Origin: an uncultured delta proteobacterium
GTDB lineage: Bacteria > Desulfobacterota > Desulfuromonadia > Geobacterales > DSM-12255
Reading direction: 5' to 3'
Assembly (NCBI GenBank): GCA_963787125.1
Contig: CAWBBV010000001.1
Coordinates: 480,001-544,000, forward strand
DNA length: 64,000 nucleotides
Part shown: piece by piece, positions 50,025 through 60,731 of the stretch
Layout: every line of letters begins with the position of its first letter
How positions within the stretch are numbered: position 1 is the stretch's first letter
Position numbers and translations under genes: made by a program
The notes under the pieces: generated by a model
The model's database searches: none
What the model saw: only the letters and a program-made list of their open reading frames with translations
What the model was told of the DNA's origin: nothing

Positions 50025-53000
50025 ATGCTAAAACATCGGCAACTGCCGCTCTTTTTTAATAAAGTCAGTGTCCGGCTCGTTCTCGAAGAAAGTTATGGAC
50101 GCCTGAACGGCAGCGTCCAGTATGGTGAGACACCGCTCAATCAGTGGAGTCGCGGTCTGCCGAGGGAGGTTGCTTCCTGGCTGACACAGCTACCGTATTA
50201 CGAATCCACCCTGCGCTACTTTCTGGCGTACACTACCCTGACCAAAGGTAAATATCCGCTTGTGTTCAAGCACCCTGATGGCAGGGAGCAGCCGCTGAGG
50301 CTCCTTGCCGATTCACCGCGCCGGGCTTGCCTCACTTTTTCAATAATTGATGATGAGGTAACCATTTGTCGGACAGTCGACGGCGCCTCTCCCCTTTCCG
50401 ACTGCTGCGTCGCTGCCCGGGAACTCCTTCTCGATCTGGATGCAGGGACAATCCACCCACTTGCCGACCGGGAGATCTGGAGAATATGGGATACGCTTGA
50501 GGACGAACTGAGTGTCGAGAGGGAGCCTGACGTTTTCGCCGCTGATTTTGCTGACGATGACGATTTTTATGACGACGAAGGCTTTGGTGACGACGTCGAT
50601 GACTATTGTCCGGACAATGAGCAGCGAAAAGGCAACCGGAGCGTCACCACCCGCGCGCGCTTCAATGCCGCGGCGCTACGGTTGAACTCGAACTTTACCC
50701 CCCACTGTAACGAATCTATCCTGTTTTTTCACAACGGCGCGCCGGTCATCTGCCGTCCAGAGCGGCAACTCTCCTATCAGCTGGAGCTCCCCGCCAATCT
50801 CGACAGCGCATTTATTGGCCTGCTGCCGCTGGTCTGTCTGAATGATCAGAAATACACGTTTGCCGGCGAGCTTTTCCGGTTTTTTGATCACGACAACCGC
50901 GCCCAATATTACCGGCTGCTAAAGGCGAAGAAACGGGCGCGCAATCTCATAACCGCCTGTTTTGAACTGGCAGAGGCGGCCACCCCGGCGGCGCGCCGAG
51001 CTATCATCAAGTGCGCTGTCAGTGGGCCTGATTATCTCAAGCGGGTTGTAAAAAGAGAAGCAAAAGAGATCCTGACCGCCTTTGTGGAGGAGAGCGGCCA
51101 GCGGCCGCTTCTGATCCAGGCCGCCGCTGACGGCTGGCACTTCGCCGAGGATAACCGCCGGGAGCAGATCCGCCTGGTGCGGCTTCTTCATGACCTCTTC
51201 GGTATTGATGCTTTTGATTCCGGCACCAGTCCGGGTGAGATGACTGTTGCGCAGGAGGATCTGCTGGCGCAGCTGCCGCGCCTGGCAGAGCGACTCCAAC
51301 TGGGGGGATTTTCCTTGCGGATTGGTGGCGAACCCCTGGCAACCGGAGCCTGGGATTTTGCCCTTGATGCGACCGCCAGCAGCGTTGATTGGTTTGAGCT
51401 GCGCCCCGAGATCCGCTGCGACGGTGAACTGCTCAACGCGGAAGATCTGCAACGCCTGGCAAACAGCGGGATTCTGCGCCGGGATGGCAAGCTGATTCTG
51501 ATTGACGACCTGAGTGCACAGATTTTGGCCATGCTGGCCGGGAGCGGCCTTTCTATCGGCAAACGGAAGAAGAAAGGGGGCTCAGAGGCGCTGCGGATTC
51601 CGCGGCTCCAGATCCTCGACTGGCTGCAGCTGCGCAGTCGTGGCGTTACCGTGCGGCTGGGGGCGGACGATGCCAGAATCCTGGAGAGCCTGCTAAGCTT
51701 CGGCAACATTGCTGAACGCCCGTTACCACCAAGTCTCAATGCCACCTTGCGTCCCTATCAGTGCGACGGTTATCAGTGGCTCGGCTTCCTTTACGAGCAC
51801 CGCTTCGGTGCCTGTCTGGCTGATGACATGGGCCTTGGCAAGACCATTCAGAGTATCTCCCTGTTGGCCGGTATCGCGGCAGAAACCGTTGTCAGCGCTG
51901 CTGCTCCCCGGACTCCCCATCTGATAGTGGTGCCGCCGTCGCTGCTGTTCAACTGGGAAAGCGAACTTGCCCGCTTTTTCCCCGGAGCAACCGTCTTTAC
52001 CTATACAGGCTCCAGCCGCTCCAGCGATACTTTCAAGGAACACGATATTATTCTGACCAGTTACGGCATTATCCAGCGCGACATAGAAAAACTGCTGGCA
52101 TTTCGCTTCAACGTCATCATTTTTGACGAAGCCCAGATTGTCAAAAATCTCCAGGCTGCCACCACCAGTGCGGCGCGGCGGCTTGTGGGGGCGTTCAAGC
52201 TGGCGCTTACCGGTACACCGGTGGAAAACCGCATCGAAGAGTATTACGCCATCATGGATCTTTGTCTCCCCGGACTGCTGGGGACAGCGGAAGAGTTTTA
52301 CCGTGCCTGCAGCAACCGGGCTCAAGGGGGGATTGACCGGCTGCTGCGCCGTACCCGCCCGTTTATCCTCAGGCGCAACAAACAGCTGATCGCTGCCGAC
52401 CTGCCGGATAAGATCGAAACCGATATCCACCTGGAGCTGTCGGCCAAGCAGAAGACGCTGTATCAACGCACTGTTGAAGAGGTGCGCAGCCAGATAGATG
52501 AGGCTTTTGCCAAGAACTCACCCGGTCAGGCGCGGATCATCGCCTTGACTGCCATCCTGCGCCTGCGCCAGATCTGCCTGGCGCCAGCCCTGGCACTGCC
52601 GGGCGCCACCGACTCCTCCCCCAAGCTGGATTTCCTCCTGGAGCAGCTGGCAGAGCTGCGGGATGAAGGGCATAGTGTCCTGGTTTTTTCCCAGTTCACC
52701 TCGTATCTCGATATTGTTGAAGCCGGTTTAAAGCGGCACCATCTCCCTTACCTGCGACTGGATGGCTCCACGCCGGTGCCACAGCGCAAAAAACTGGTAG
52801 AGAGCTTTCAGGATTCGGCGGCGCCAACAGTATTCCTGATCAGCCTCAAAGCCGGTGGCAAAGGGCTTAACCTGACCCGCGCCACCTATGTGTATCACCT
52901 CGACCCCTGGTGGAATCCGGCCGTGGAGAACCAGGCCTCGGACCGGGCGCACCGCATCGGCCAGACGCGCCAGGTCACCATCACCAGACTGATAATGCGG

Positions 53001-53132
53001 CACACGATTGAAGAGAAGATGATGGCTCTCAAAGAGCAGAAACTGAAGCTGTATAAAGCCATACTTGAAGAGGGAACTGCCGGCGGCGGTGCCGGCTTGA
53101 CCAGAGAGGATTTCGACTTTCTGCTTGGGTAA
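50025..53132 (+). CDS. SNF2-family helicase
   Basis: LADDMGLGKT, DEAQ, LTGTPVEN, VFSQF, SLKAGGKGLNL, DPWWNP, DRAHRIGQ. Confidence 0.95.
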   Translation: MLKHRQLPLFFNKVSVRLVLEESYGRLNGSVQYGETPLNQWSRGLPREVASWLTQLPYYESTLRYFLAYTTLTKGKYPLVFKHPDGREQPLRLLADSPRRACLTFSIIDDEVTICRTVDGASPLSDCCVAARELLLDLDAGTIHPLADREIWRIWDTLEDELSVEREPDVFAADFADDDDFYDDEGFGDDVDDYCPDNEQRKGNRSVTTRARFNAAALRLNSNFTPHCNESILFFHNGAPVICRPERQLSYQLELPANLDSAFIGLLPLVCLNDQKYTFAGELFRFFDHDNRAQYYRLLKAKKRARNLITACFELAEAATPAARRAIIKCAVSGPDYLKRVVKREAKEILTAFVEESGQRPLLIQAAADGWHFAEDNRREQIRLVRLLHDLFGIDAFDSGTSPGEMTVAQEDLLAQLPRLAERLQLGGFSLRIGGEPLATGAWDFALDATASSVDWFELRPEIRCDGELLNAEDLQRLANSGILRRDGKLILIDDLSAQILAMLAGSGLSIGKRKKKGGSEALRIPRLQILDWLQLRSRGVTVRLGADDARILESLLSFGNIAERPLPPSLNATLRPYQCDGYQWLGFLYEHRFGACLADDMGLGKTIQSISLLAGIAAETVVSAAAPRTPHLIVVPPSLLFNWESELARFFPGATVFTYTGSSRSSDTFKEHDIILTSYGIIQRDIEKLLAFRFNVIIFDEAQIVKNLQAATTSAARRLVGAFKLALTGTPVENRIEEYYAIMDLCLPGLLGTAEEFYRACSNRAQGGIDRLLRRTRPFILRRNKQLIAADLPDKIETDIHLELSAKQKTLYQRTVEEVRSQIDEAFAKNSPGQARIIALTAILRLRQICLAPALALPGATDSSPKLDFLLEQLAELRDEGHSVLVFSQFTSYLDIVEAGLKRHHLPYLRLDGSTPVPQRKKLVESFQDSAAPTVFLISLKAGGKGLNLTRATYVYHLDPWWNPAVENQASDRAHRIGQTRQVTITRLIMRHTIEEKMMALKEQKLKLYKAILEEGTAGGGAGLTREDFDFLLG

Positions 53133-53224
53133 GTGGTGAACTGATGTTCAGCTGATTTTTGATGATTCACTCGTCTTCGGCGGTGCCAACGCCAGGCTCT
53201 CAACGATGACTGTAGCGAAGCAAC

Positions 53225-53336
53225 AAAAAAAGGGCAAAGCAGATATGGCTGCCTTGCCCCTCATTTTTAAAGATGTTTTCCGTCCTGCTTACTCTTTCTT
53301 CAGCTCTATCCCCAGATCACTGATCTTCTCGCGGAG
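53225..53336 (-). repeat. Displaced duplicate of the ntrC 3' end plus terminator
   Basis: 53264-53329 identical (66 bp) to 58142-58207; adjoining terminator hairpin also similar. Confidence 0.9.
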
Positions 53337-53442
53337 TATAAACCACAGCGGCGTCATGACCCAATTGTCCCTGTCTTTAGTAGTGCACACCTCTGGGGCT
53401 GGCTTCCGGGCCTGACCCTTTTCGGTCGCCTGTCACCCTTCT

Positions 53443-53949
53443 CTACCTCGCCATCGGTGCCCCACCCTGGAACTTCGACATCATGTCGTCAATTTTTTTA
53501 TTCAGCTCGCCAATCGTTACGGTCAGATCGGCCGCTCTACTTTTCAGGGTTGCAATTCTTTTCTGCTGCAGGTCCGCTGTTATAACCAGGTTGTTGTACT
53601 CACTCTGAACTGTCGGATTGCTAATGGGCATTTGATCCCTTATCTCTGACAATCGCTGATTAAGTTCCAATGCAGAGCCGGTCATCGCTTCAAGCTCTTT
53701 GTTGGCATTTTCAAGTGCGTTGGTATTTTGAAGGATTTGTTGCCGATTATATTCGACCTGGTTAAATACCCCCTGCATTTCGACCTGAATAGCCATAGAG
53801 TTTTTCAATTCCTTTTTAATATCTCGTAGTTCAGACAATATTTCACCCAGGTAAAAATTAGTATCTTGCTCCACTGCATGCGCCATAGCAGGGGGTATTA
53901 ATACTGCAGACAGTGCGAATACAACCAAAATAATACCCACTTTTATCAT
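53443..53949 (-). CDS. Hypothetical exported coiled-coil protein
   Basis: Signal peptide ending AHA, long heptad region. Confidence 0.7.
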   Translation of the reverse strand: MIKVGIILVVFALSAVLIPPAMAHAVEQDTNFYLGEILSELRDIKKELKNSMAIQVEMQGVFNQVEYNRQQILQNTNALENANKELEAMTGSALELNQRLSEIRDQMPISNPTVQSEYNNLVITADLQQKRIATLKSRAADLTVTIGELNKKIDDMMSKFQGGAPMAR

Positions 53950-54511
53950 CGTAATTGCCCCCGTGTGGATCCAGCATTAGTCACAATTTAACTGCCCCAT
54001 ATATAGCTGCAATAACTTCTAAGTCAACTATTAACGATCCAAGAGACAACTCTTGTTTATACCCTTTCAGGTGTCGGCTCAAATTAACGTACCAGCATTT
54101 TAGTATTCGTCACCAGAATGCCAATCTGGCCGCATATTCATCTTGTCTGGTATAGTAAACTACTGTTATGCGCAACAACATCTAGCATGAAATGGCCATA
54201 AATCTTCTAAAGCGAAAATAAAAATTCGTTTATACCGATACAAAAGAAGCGTTGCCAGGCATCATCACCCAATGCTATTTACATGAGAATGCAAGTATAT
54301 CAAAGGTTTATAACGGACGCCCCGCCAATATCCAGCAAAATGATTATGCAATAGCCAAGTCTCGCCGGGCTCAAATTTTTCTTGTTATTTTCATTTTAAA
54401 ACTTTAGATACTGGTACATCGACGGTTGGCGTTACGGGTCTGCATGTTGCATTCAAAACGCTATTTCAAATAACTGAGCACCACAATGGTATGCACAAAG
54501 GAGAATTGGTC

Positions 54512-55138
54512 ATGAAAAAATCGTTATTTGTTGTTCTGGCAAGCTTGTTTCTGTACGTCACACCGGCTTCGGCACTCGATCCCATTGTCTTCGTTCATGG
54601 CTACTCCGGCAGCACCATCGTCAACTTTTCAGCCATGATTGGCTGGTTCAAGGCTGACGGGTACCCCTCAAATTACCTCAACTACTACACCTACAACACC
54701 ATTCCCGGTGTTATCAACGGGGCAAAGATCTTGCAATCGAAGGTAAACGCTACCCTGGCGGCAACGGGAAAGAGCAAGGTGGACCTCGTCTGCCACTCAA
54801 TGGGGGGTCTGGTCGCCCGTTATTACATGAAATATCTGGGAGGCGCAGCCAAGGTTAATCAGGTTGTTTATATCGCTACGCCTCATCAAGGGACCATTAT
54901 CTCTTATCTCGACCCCTTTACGCAGGCGGCAAAAGACATGCATGCGGGGTCGTCGCTCCTCAAATCCATCGACGGGTATATCCCGGGGATGTCACTCTGG
55001 TCTTACTGTGACGAGGTAGTGATCCCCAACTCAAGCGCAAACTACGGCTATGCTGTCTGCGACGGCTGCCAGCTGCACATAGCCAGCACCTGGAACTGGG
55101 GCGTCTATACCAAAACAAGGGATTACATTAAGCCGTAG
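54512..55138 (+). CDS. Secreted small lipase/esterase (Lipase_2-like alpha/beta hydrolase)
   Basis: Signal peptide, PIVFVHG, VDLVCHSMGG, ATPHQGT, DEVV, H. Confidence 0.88.
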   Translation: MKKSLFVVLASLFLYVTPASALDPIVFVHGYSGSTIVNFSAMIGWFKADGYPSNYLNYYTYNTIPGVINGAKILQSKVNATLAATGKSKVDLVCHSMGGLVARYYMKYLGGAAKVNQVVYIATPHQGTIISYLDPFTQAAKDMHAGSSLLKSIDGYIPGMSLWSYCDEVVIPNSSANYGYAVCDGCQLHIASTWNWGVYTKTRDYIKP

Positions 55139-55445
55139 CGAGTAGCTAAATGAATCAGCTTGATTAGGTCATCTTGTCCGAACGTGGAATTCCGATAACG
55201 CTGCTTGATATTTTGCTAGTGCCATAATTAGCAATCTAACAAGCAGCGTTTTCAAGCGCACACCACGGAGGGGTCAAGTATCCTCGGGGTGCATGATGAA
55301 TTCAAGACGCTATTTAAACATGCCGCGCCACAAATGGTATGCAAAAGGCGCAATGGTCATGAAAAACCGTTATTCAGGACCAAGACAGGGGCTCCAGTAT
55401 TTTGTTCTATCTAAAAGAACTTAAAAATTAGAGAGGGGAACATTT

Positions 55446-58025
55446 ATGAAAATTCGCATTACCGAGACAAAGCTCCATTGGGTCGTTTTTCTGACCGCCC
55501 AGTTGTTAATGATGTTTTCGGCTGCTTATGCCGCAAACCTGCCGGGAGGCAGGTACATCGTCACCGTCGCCAGCAGCCAGAAGTGTGTGAATGTCCCCAA
55601 TGGCAGTACAGCTGACGGTGTGCAACTGCAACAGTTGACCTGCAACAGCTCTGTTGCACAACAGTTCGATATAAACCCCACCGATAACGGCTACTACAAG
55701 ATCATCAACGCCAACAGCGGCAAAGCTGTCGATATCCGGGGCTCCTCAACCGCTGATGGCGGGGTTGCGCAGCAGTACACCTGGAACAATTCCAATGCCC
55801 AGCACTATCTGCTCCAGACTAACGGCAAGGGTTTTGTGCTCCGTAACCGCAATTCCGGCAAATGCCTTGACCTGAAAGACTGGAACAGTGCTGACGGCGG
55901 TCTGTTGCAGCAGATGGCCTGCACCGGCGGAGCCAACCAGACGTTTCAGCTTACCCCAACTGCCGGAGCCAACAAGACTGTGGAAGATGGCCGCTACTCC
56001 ATAAAGTCTGTAAACAGCGGCAGATGCCTTGATGTCCCCAACTCCAGCACCGCTGACAGCGTCCAATTACAGCAGTGGGGTTGCAACGGGACCGCCACCC
56101 AGCAGTATGATTTCACCTATGTCGGCAACAGCCTGTATGAAATCATGAATGCCAACAGCGGCAAGTGTGTCGATCTTCGCTCCGGCGGCACCGGTAACGG
56201 TACTGCCATTCAGCAGTATAGCTGCAACCAGGGCGTCAACCAGCGGTTTTATGCCAAGGGGATGGGGGACGGTTCGTTCCAGTTCAACCCTTACGCAACT
56301 ACCCGGGTATTTGACGTTTATAACGCTTCAACTGCTGATGGCTCGAAAATCCAGATCTGGGACAACGCTAACAGCGCCAATCAGAAATGGAATATGACCA
56401 AGGTCGCCTACACTCCGAACATGACCGATGCGACCTATAAAATAGTTGCCGTTCATAGCAACAAATGTCTTGATGTGCCGAACTCCAGCACCTCCCCCGG
56501 GCAGCAGATCCAGCAGTATAGCTGTAATGGCACCAATGCCCAGAATTTCACGGTTGCCCACCAAGGGGACGGCTATTACAAGATTGCCAATGTGACTAAC
56601 GGCCTGTCCCTGGCGGTACGCGACTTCTCAGCCGGTACTAAAGCCATCGAACAGAGTGACCCGCATGGCGGCAACAACCAGCTCTTCCGGTTTGTGCCTT
56701 ACGGTTCCGGGTATCTGATTCGTCCCAAATCCAGCTACCTCTGCTTTGACATTAATGGCGCCAGCACCTCCGATGGTGCGCTGCTGCAGCAGCAAACCTG
56801 CAACTACAATAATAATCAGGTTTATAAATTCCAGTTATCATCGTCATCTTCCTCTACTTTGCCGTCAGGCACCGCCAACTCCGACACCGTCGTGCTGCTG
56901 CATGGCTTTGCCGGCTGGGATCGGAATGAAATGTTTGGCCTTAAATACTGGGGTGGTGGTTGGTCCGGCAGTATGGATCTGCAGGAGTATCTGAAATCCC
57001 AGGGGCATAACACTGTCACCCTGGGGGTCGGACCGATTAGCTCCAACTGGGATCGTGCTGTCGAAGCATATTATGAGCTTAAAGGCGGGTGCGTCGACTA
57101 TGGTGCCGCCCATTCAGCACGCCACGGCCACAATCGCAACGGTCGCTGCTTCACCGCTCGCACCCCGACCTGGGATGACAGTCACAAAGTTCATATCATC
57201 AGCCATAGCCAGGGTGGCCAGACCGGCAGGATGCTGATTGAGTTGCTGCGCAACGGGTCCCAGGCGGAGCGTGATGCCAGCGGCAGTTCGGTTTCTGATC
57301 TTTACAAAGGTGGCAAAAACTGGGTGCACAGCCTGACTACCGTCAGCACTCCCCACAACGGCACTACCCTGACCAATGTCGTGCAGATGCTCGGCATCAC
57401 CCAGAAGTTTGTTGAAATGGCTTATGGCGTTGCAGGAATGATCAGTGGCGAGAATGTTGTATATGACCTGAAACTTGACCAGTGGAACCTGCTGCGCAAT
57501 CAGAATGAGGGCTTTACCAGCTACTCCAACCGTGTTAATGCATCCCCCATCTGGACATCTTCCTATGACACCAGTCTCTGGGATCTCAGCCCGGATGGCG
57601 CCAAGGAGATGAATCAGTGGGTGCATGATTTTTCCGATATCTATTACTTCTCATTTTCCACCAAATCAACCTATAAGGCGTTTTGGGACGGGAAGCAGTA
57701 TCCAATCATCAGCACTTTCACACCGTTCATACCGCAATCATTCCTGATGGGACGCTACACCCACAATGACCCGACCAAGGTCATTATTGACAGCAGTTGG
57801 TGGCCGAACGACAGCGTGGTGAACACCAGCAGCATGAAGGCCCCGTCCGGTTCGCTGTCGACCGACTACACCTACAACGGTTTCCCCCAGGTCGGTATCT
57901 GGAACAACATGAGCCTTTTGAACGGCTGGGATCATTTGGATGTAACCGGTATGTTCTGCGCACCATTCTGCAATATCAACTCGCTCTACCTGAATCATGT
58001 GAAACTTCTGAAAACCCTCTACTGA
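55446..58025 (+). CDS. Secreted lipase with three N-terminal ricin-B lectin domains
   Basis: Signal peptide; repeated SGKCLDV...QQY/WxC...NQ; Ser linker; LLHGFAGW, SSNWDRA, SHSQGG, STPHNGT, PNDSVV, WDHLD. Confidence 0.92.
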   Translation: MKIRITETKLHWVVFLTAQLLMMFSAAYAANLPGGRYIVTVASSQKCVNVPNGSTADGVQLQQLTCNSSVAQQFDINPTDNGYYKIINANSGKAVDIRGSSTADGGVAQQYTWNNSNAQHYLLQTNGKGFVLRNRNSGKCLDLKDWNSADGGLLQQMACTGGANQTFQLTPTAGANKTVEDGRYSIKSVNSGRCLDVPNSSTADSVQLQQWGCNGTATQQYDFTYVGNSLYEIMNANSGKCVDLRSGGTGNGTAIQQYSCNQGVNQRFYAKGMGDGSFQFNPYATTRVFDVYNASTADGSKIQIWDNANSANQKWNMTKVAYTPNMTDATYKIVAVHSNKCLDVPNSSTSPGQQIQQYSCNGTNAQNFTVAHQGDGYYKIANVTNGLSLAVRDFSAGTKAIEQSDPHGGNNQLFRFVPYGSGYLIRPKSSYLCFDINGASTSDGALLQQQTCNYNNNQVYKFQLSSSSSSTLPSGTANSDTVVLLHGFAGWDRNEMFGLKYWGGGWSGSMDLQEYLKSQGHNTVTLGVGPISSNWDRAVEAYYELKGGCVDYGAAHSARHGHNRNGRCFTARTPTWDDSHKVHIISHSQGGQTGRMLIELLRNGSQAERDASGSSVSDLYKGGKNWVHSLTTVSTPHNGTTLTNVVQMLGITQKFVEMAYGVAGMISGENVVYDLKLDQWNLLRNQNEGFTSYSNRVNASPIWTSSYDTSLWDLSPDGAKEMNQWVHDFSDIYYFSFSTKSTYKAFWDGKQYPIISTFTPFIPQSFLMGRYTHNDPTKVIIDSSWWPNDSVVNTSSMKAPSGSLSTDYTYNGFPQVGIWNNMSLLNGWDHLDVTGMFCAPFCNINSLYLNHVKLLKTLY

Positions 58026-58034
58026 TCTGAAAAA

Positions 58035-58065
58035 ACTGCTCCATATTGTAAAGATATGGAGCAGT
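58035..58065. terminator. Hairpin after the lipase gene
   Basis: actgctccatat-N7-atatggagcagt. Confidence 0.6.
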
Positions 58066-58166
58066 AACTCCACAGCGGGGCCAACACAGCGCGGGCAGGT
58101 AAAGAAAAAGGGGCAAAGCAGCTATGAATGCTGTGCCCCTTTTTTTAAAGATGTTTTCCGTCCTGC

Positions 58167-59606
58167 TTACTCTTTCTTCAGCTCTATCCCCAGATCACTG
58201 ATCTTCTTGCGGAGGGTGTTGCGATTTATTCCGAGAATGCTGGCGGCGCGCACCTGATTCCAGCGGGTTTTTTCCAAAAGAAACGTGATCAGTGGCCGCT
58301 CAACCTGCTCAATCACCATATTATAGAGCTCGCCGCTGTCAAGTTTGTCCACATTGACAAAGGATGATCTCAGTTTCCTGTCTACCAGAAACTCCAGTGA
58401 CACATCGTCTCCGGGGGCAGTGCCCCCACCCGCCGGCGTCAGCACCGGAAAATCCTCTATCGTCAGCAGCGGATCGGAAGAGAGGATTACCGCTCTCTTG
58501 ATAACATTTTCCAGCTCCCGCACGTTGCCGGGCCATGAGTTCGCCGCCAGCCGGTCCAGTGCCGGTTGCTCGATCTTTTTGAGCTGAATGTCCAGTTCGG
58601 CACAGGTCTTCTGGAGGAAGTGGTCGACAAGGAGCAGGATATCCTCGCGCCTCTCACGCAGCGGCATAAGGTTAATCGGCACGACGTTGAGGCGATAGTA
58701 AAGATCTTCCCGGAAGAGCCGTTGCTGGACGAGTTGGTGCAGATCCTGGTTGGTGGCGGCAACAATCCGCACGTCGACAGCTATATTCTGACTACCGCCG
58801 GTACGGGTGATCTCCCGCTCCTGGAGAACTCTGAGGATCTTTGCCTGCAGGTCCAGCGGCATGTCGCCGATTTCGTCCAGAAATACCGTGCCGCCGTTGG
58901 CCTGTTCGAATTTCCCCGGCTTGCGCTCGGTTGCGCCGGTAAATGAACCTTTTTCATGGCCGAAAAGTTCTGTTTCCAGGAGCTCTTTCGGAATGGCGGC
59001 ACAGTTCATGGCGATAAACGGCTTACCGAGTCTTTTGGAGTTGCAGTGAATGGCTTTGGCGATCAACTCCTTGCCGGTGCCCGATTCTCCCTGTATCAGG
59101 ACGGTCATGTCGCTGGGAGCAACTTTGCCGATAGTTTTATAGACCTCCCTCATGGGGGCGGAATTGCCGATAATCCCTTTGTCCAGCAGGTAGTGCTCTT
59201 TCAGTTCGTCTTTGAGCGTTGATACCTGCAGTGTCATCTCCTGCGCCCTGCTGGCTTTCTCGACTATGGCGTCCATCATGTCAAGGTCGAACGGTTTTGT
59301 CAGATAGTCGTAGGCGCCCCGTTTCATCGCCTCGACAGCATTTTTCATCCCTGCTTCTGCGGTCATGATGACTACCAGCAGCTCGCTTTTCAGTTCACGC
59401 ACCTTGTCCAGCAGGTCGAGACCGTTGATTCCGGGCATTTTGATGTCGAGAATGGCGAGATCGTAGCTTTCGCTGCGGATAAGGCGGAGCGCTTCGTCGC
59501 CATCACGGGCCAGATCAACGGTAAACCCTTTTTTGCGGAGCGCCTTTGATAGGACCCAGCGCATGCTTTCTTCGTCATCGGCCACAAGTATTCTATGTAT
59601 TGACAT
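58167..59606 (-). CDS. ntrC: Sigma-54-dependent response regulator (NtrC/GnfM type)
   Basis: REC domain, [28 protein letters not shown], Fis [13 protein letters not shown]; dusB-ntrB-ntrC order. Confidence 0.9.
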   Translation of the reverse strand: MSIHRILVADDEESMRWVLSKALRKKGFTVDLARDGDEALRLIRSESYDLAILDIKMPGINGLDLLDKVRELKSELLVVIMTAEAGMKNAVEAMKRGAYDYLTKPFDLDMMDAIVEKASRAQEMTLQVSTLKDELKEHYLLDKGIIGNSAPMREVYKTIGKVAPSDMTVLIQGESGTGKELIAKAIHCNSKRLGKPFIAMNCAAIPKELLETELFGHEKGSFTGATERKPGKFEQANGGTVFLDEIGDMPLDLQAKILRVLQEREITRTGGSQNIAVDVRIVAATNQDLHQLVQQRLFREDLYYRLNVVPINLMPLRERREDILLLVDHFLQKTCAELDIQLKKIEQPALDRLAANSWPGNVRELENVIKRAVILSSDPLLTIEDFPVLTPAGGGTAPGDDVSLEFLVDRKLRSSFVNVDKLDSGELYNMVIEQVERPLITFLLEKTRWNQVRAASILGINRNTLRKKISDLGIELKKE

Positions 59607-59642
59607 AACAAACCTCTAGTGCCGGGGCTGTCCCGACTCTGC

Positions 59643-60731
59643 TCACTGAATCAGCGGCAGCATGATTGCAAATGTTGTCCCGCGCCCGACTGTTGAATCA
59701 ACCCGGATCATGCCGCGATGCTCGGCAACAATCTTTTGACAGATAGCCAGACCAAGGCCGGTCCCTTTCTCTTTGGTGGTGTAAAACGGGGTGAACAGCT
59801 GCTCCAGCACTTCCGGCGGTATGCCGCTGCCGTTATCGGCGATCTCGATGGCAACCATGCGTGAGCGCCCCTCACCTTTCTGGGTCATGCTGTATTCGGA
59901 AACGATTCGACTCGAAATTTCAATGACCCCGGATTCACCAACTGCCTCAACAGCGTTTTTAATCAGATTGAGAAACAGTTGGGTCAGTCGCCCTTCATCC
60001 GCCAGGATGGGAGGAATGCTGGGGTCGAGATGGCGCTGGAAGATGATGTTTTTGCTTTCCGTTGCCTGTTGCTGCAAAAAGACGATATGGGCAAGAATCT
60101 TGTGGAGATTAACCCCGACAAGGTTGAGGCTCCGCGGCGAAGAGAGGTCCAGCAGCTCCTCGACAATCCGGTTGACCCGCTGCACCTCTTTGAGCACAAC
60201 GCCGGTACATTCCCTGAGCTCATCATCTTCAGCAAGTTCCATCTCCAGGAGTTGCGCCGCCCCCCTGATGCCGCCGAGGGGATTTTTTATCTCGTGGGCC
60301 AGGCCCGCTGCCAGGGTGCCGAGAGCGGAGAGTCGGTCAGCCTTGCGGACAGCTTCTTCAAGCTCCCTGATGTTTGTCAGATCACGCAACAGGACGATGG
60401 TGCCGGCGCGGGCACCGTCGCCAAGGAGGAGCGGCGAAACCGAAACGCTTAACGGGGTGAGACGGTTCCCCTTTGTAAGGACAATATTCTCGTGGTCGGA
60501 GATAGACATGCCGCTGACAAGGCACTTTTCCGCCATCTCCAGCAGTTGTGATTCACCTTTGAAAAGCATGGAAAAAGGCTGGCCTTTGCTGATTCGCCGG
60601 GAGACACCGGCGATCTCCTCGGCAACAGGGTTCATCAGGATGACATTGCCGTCGCGGTTCAGGACTATGACGCCGTCGCCGACACTGTCGATCACGTTTG
60701 CGTAGAATTCGGGAAGATTTTCAGGGTTCAT
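59643..60731 (-). CDS. ntrB: PAS sensor histidine kinase (NtrB/GnfL type)
   Basis: LAHEIKNPLGGIRGAAQLL, NLIKNA, DNGSG, GTGLGL. Confidence 0.9.
   Translation of the reverse strand: MNPENLPEFYANVIDSVGDGVIVLNRDGNVILMNPVAEEIAGVSRRISKGQPFSMLFKGESQLLEMAEKCLVSGMSISDHENIVLTKGNRLTPLSVSVSPLLLGDGARAGTIVLLRDLTNIRELEEAVRKADRLSALGTLAAGLAHEIKNPLGGIRGAAQLLEMELAEDDELRECTGVVLKEVQRVNRIVEELLDLSSPRSLNLVGVNLHKILAHIVFLQQQATESKNIIFQRHLDPSIPPILADEGRLTQLFLNLIKNAVEAVGESGVIEISSRIVSEYSMTQKGEGRSRMVAIEIADNGSGIPPEVLEQLFTPFYTTKEKGTGLGLAICQKIVAEHRGMIRVDSTVGRGTTFAIMLPLIQ

Noticed and set aside
53225..53262. GGGCAAA motif resembling a c-di-GMP-I/GEMM riboswitch
   Set aside because: Lacks the GAAA tetraloop and second stem; better explained as a terminator hairpin
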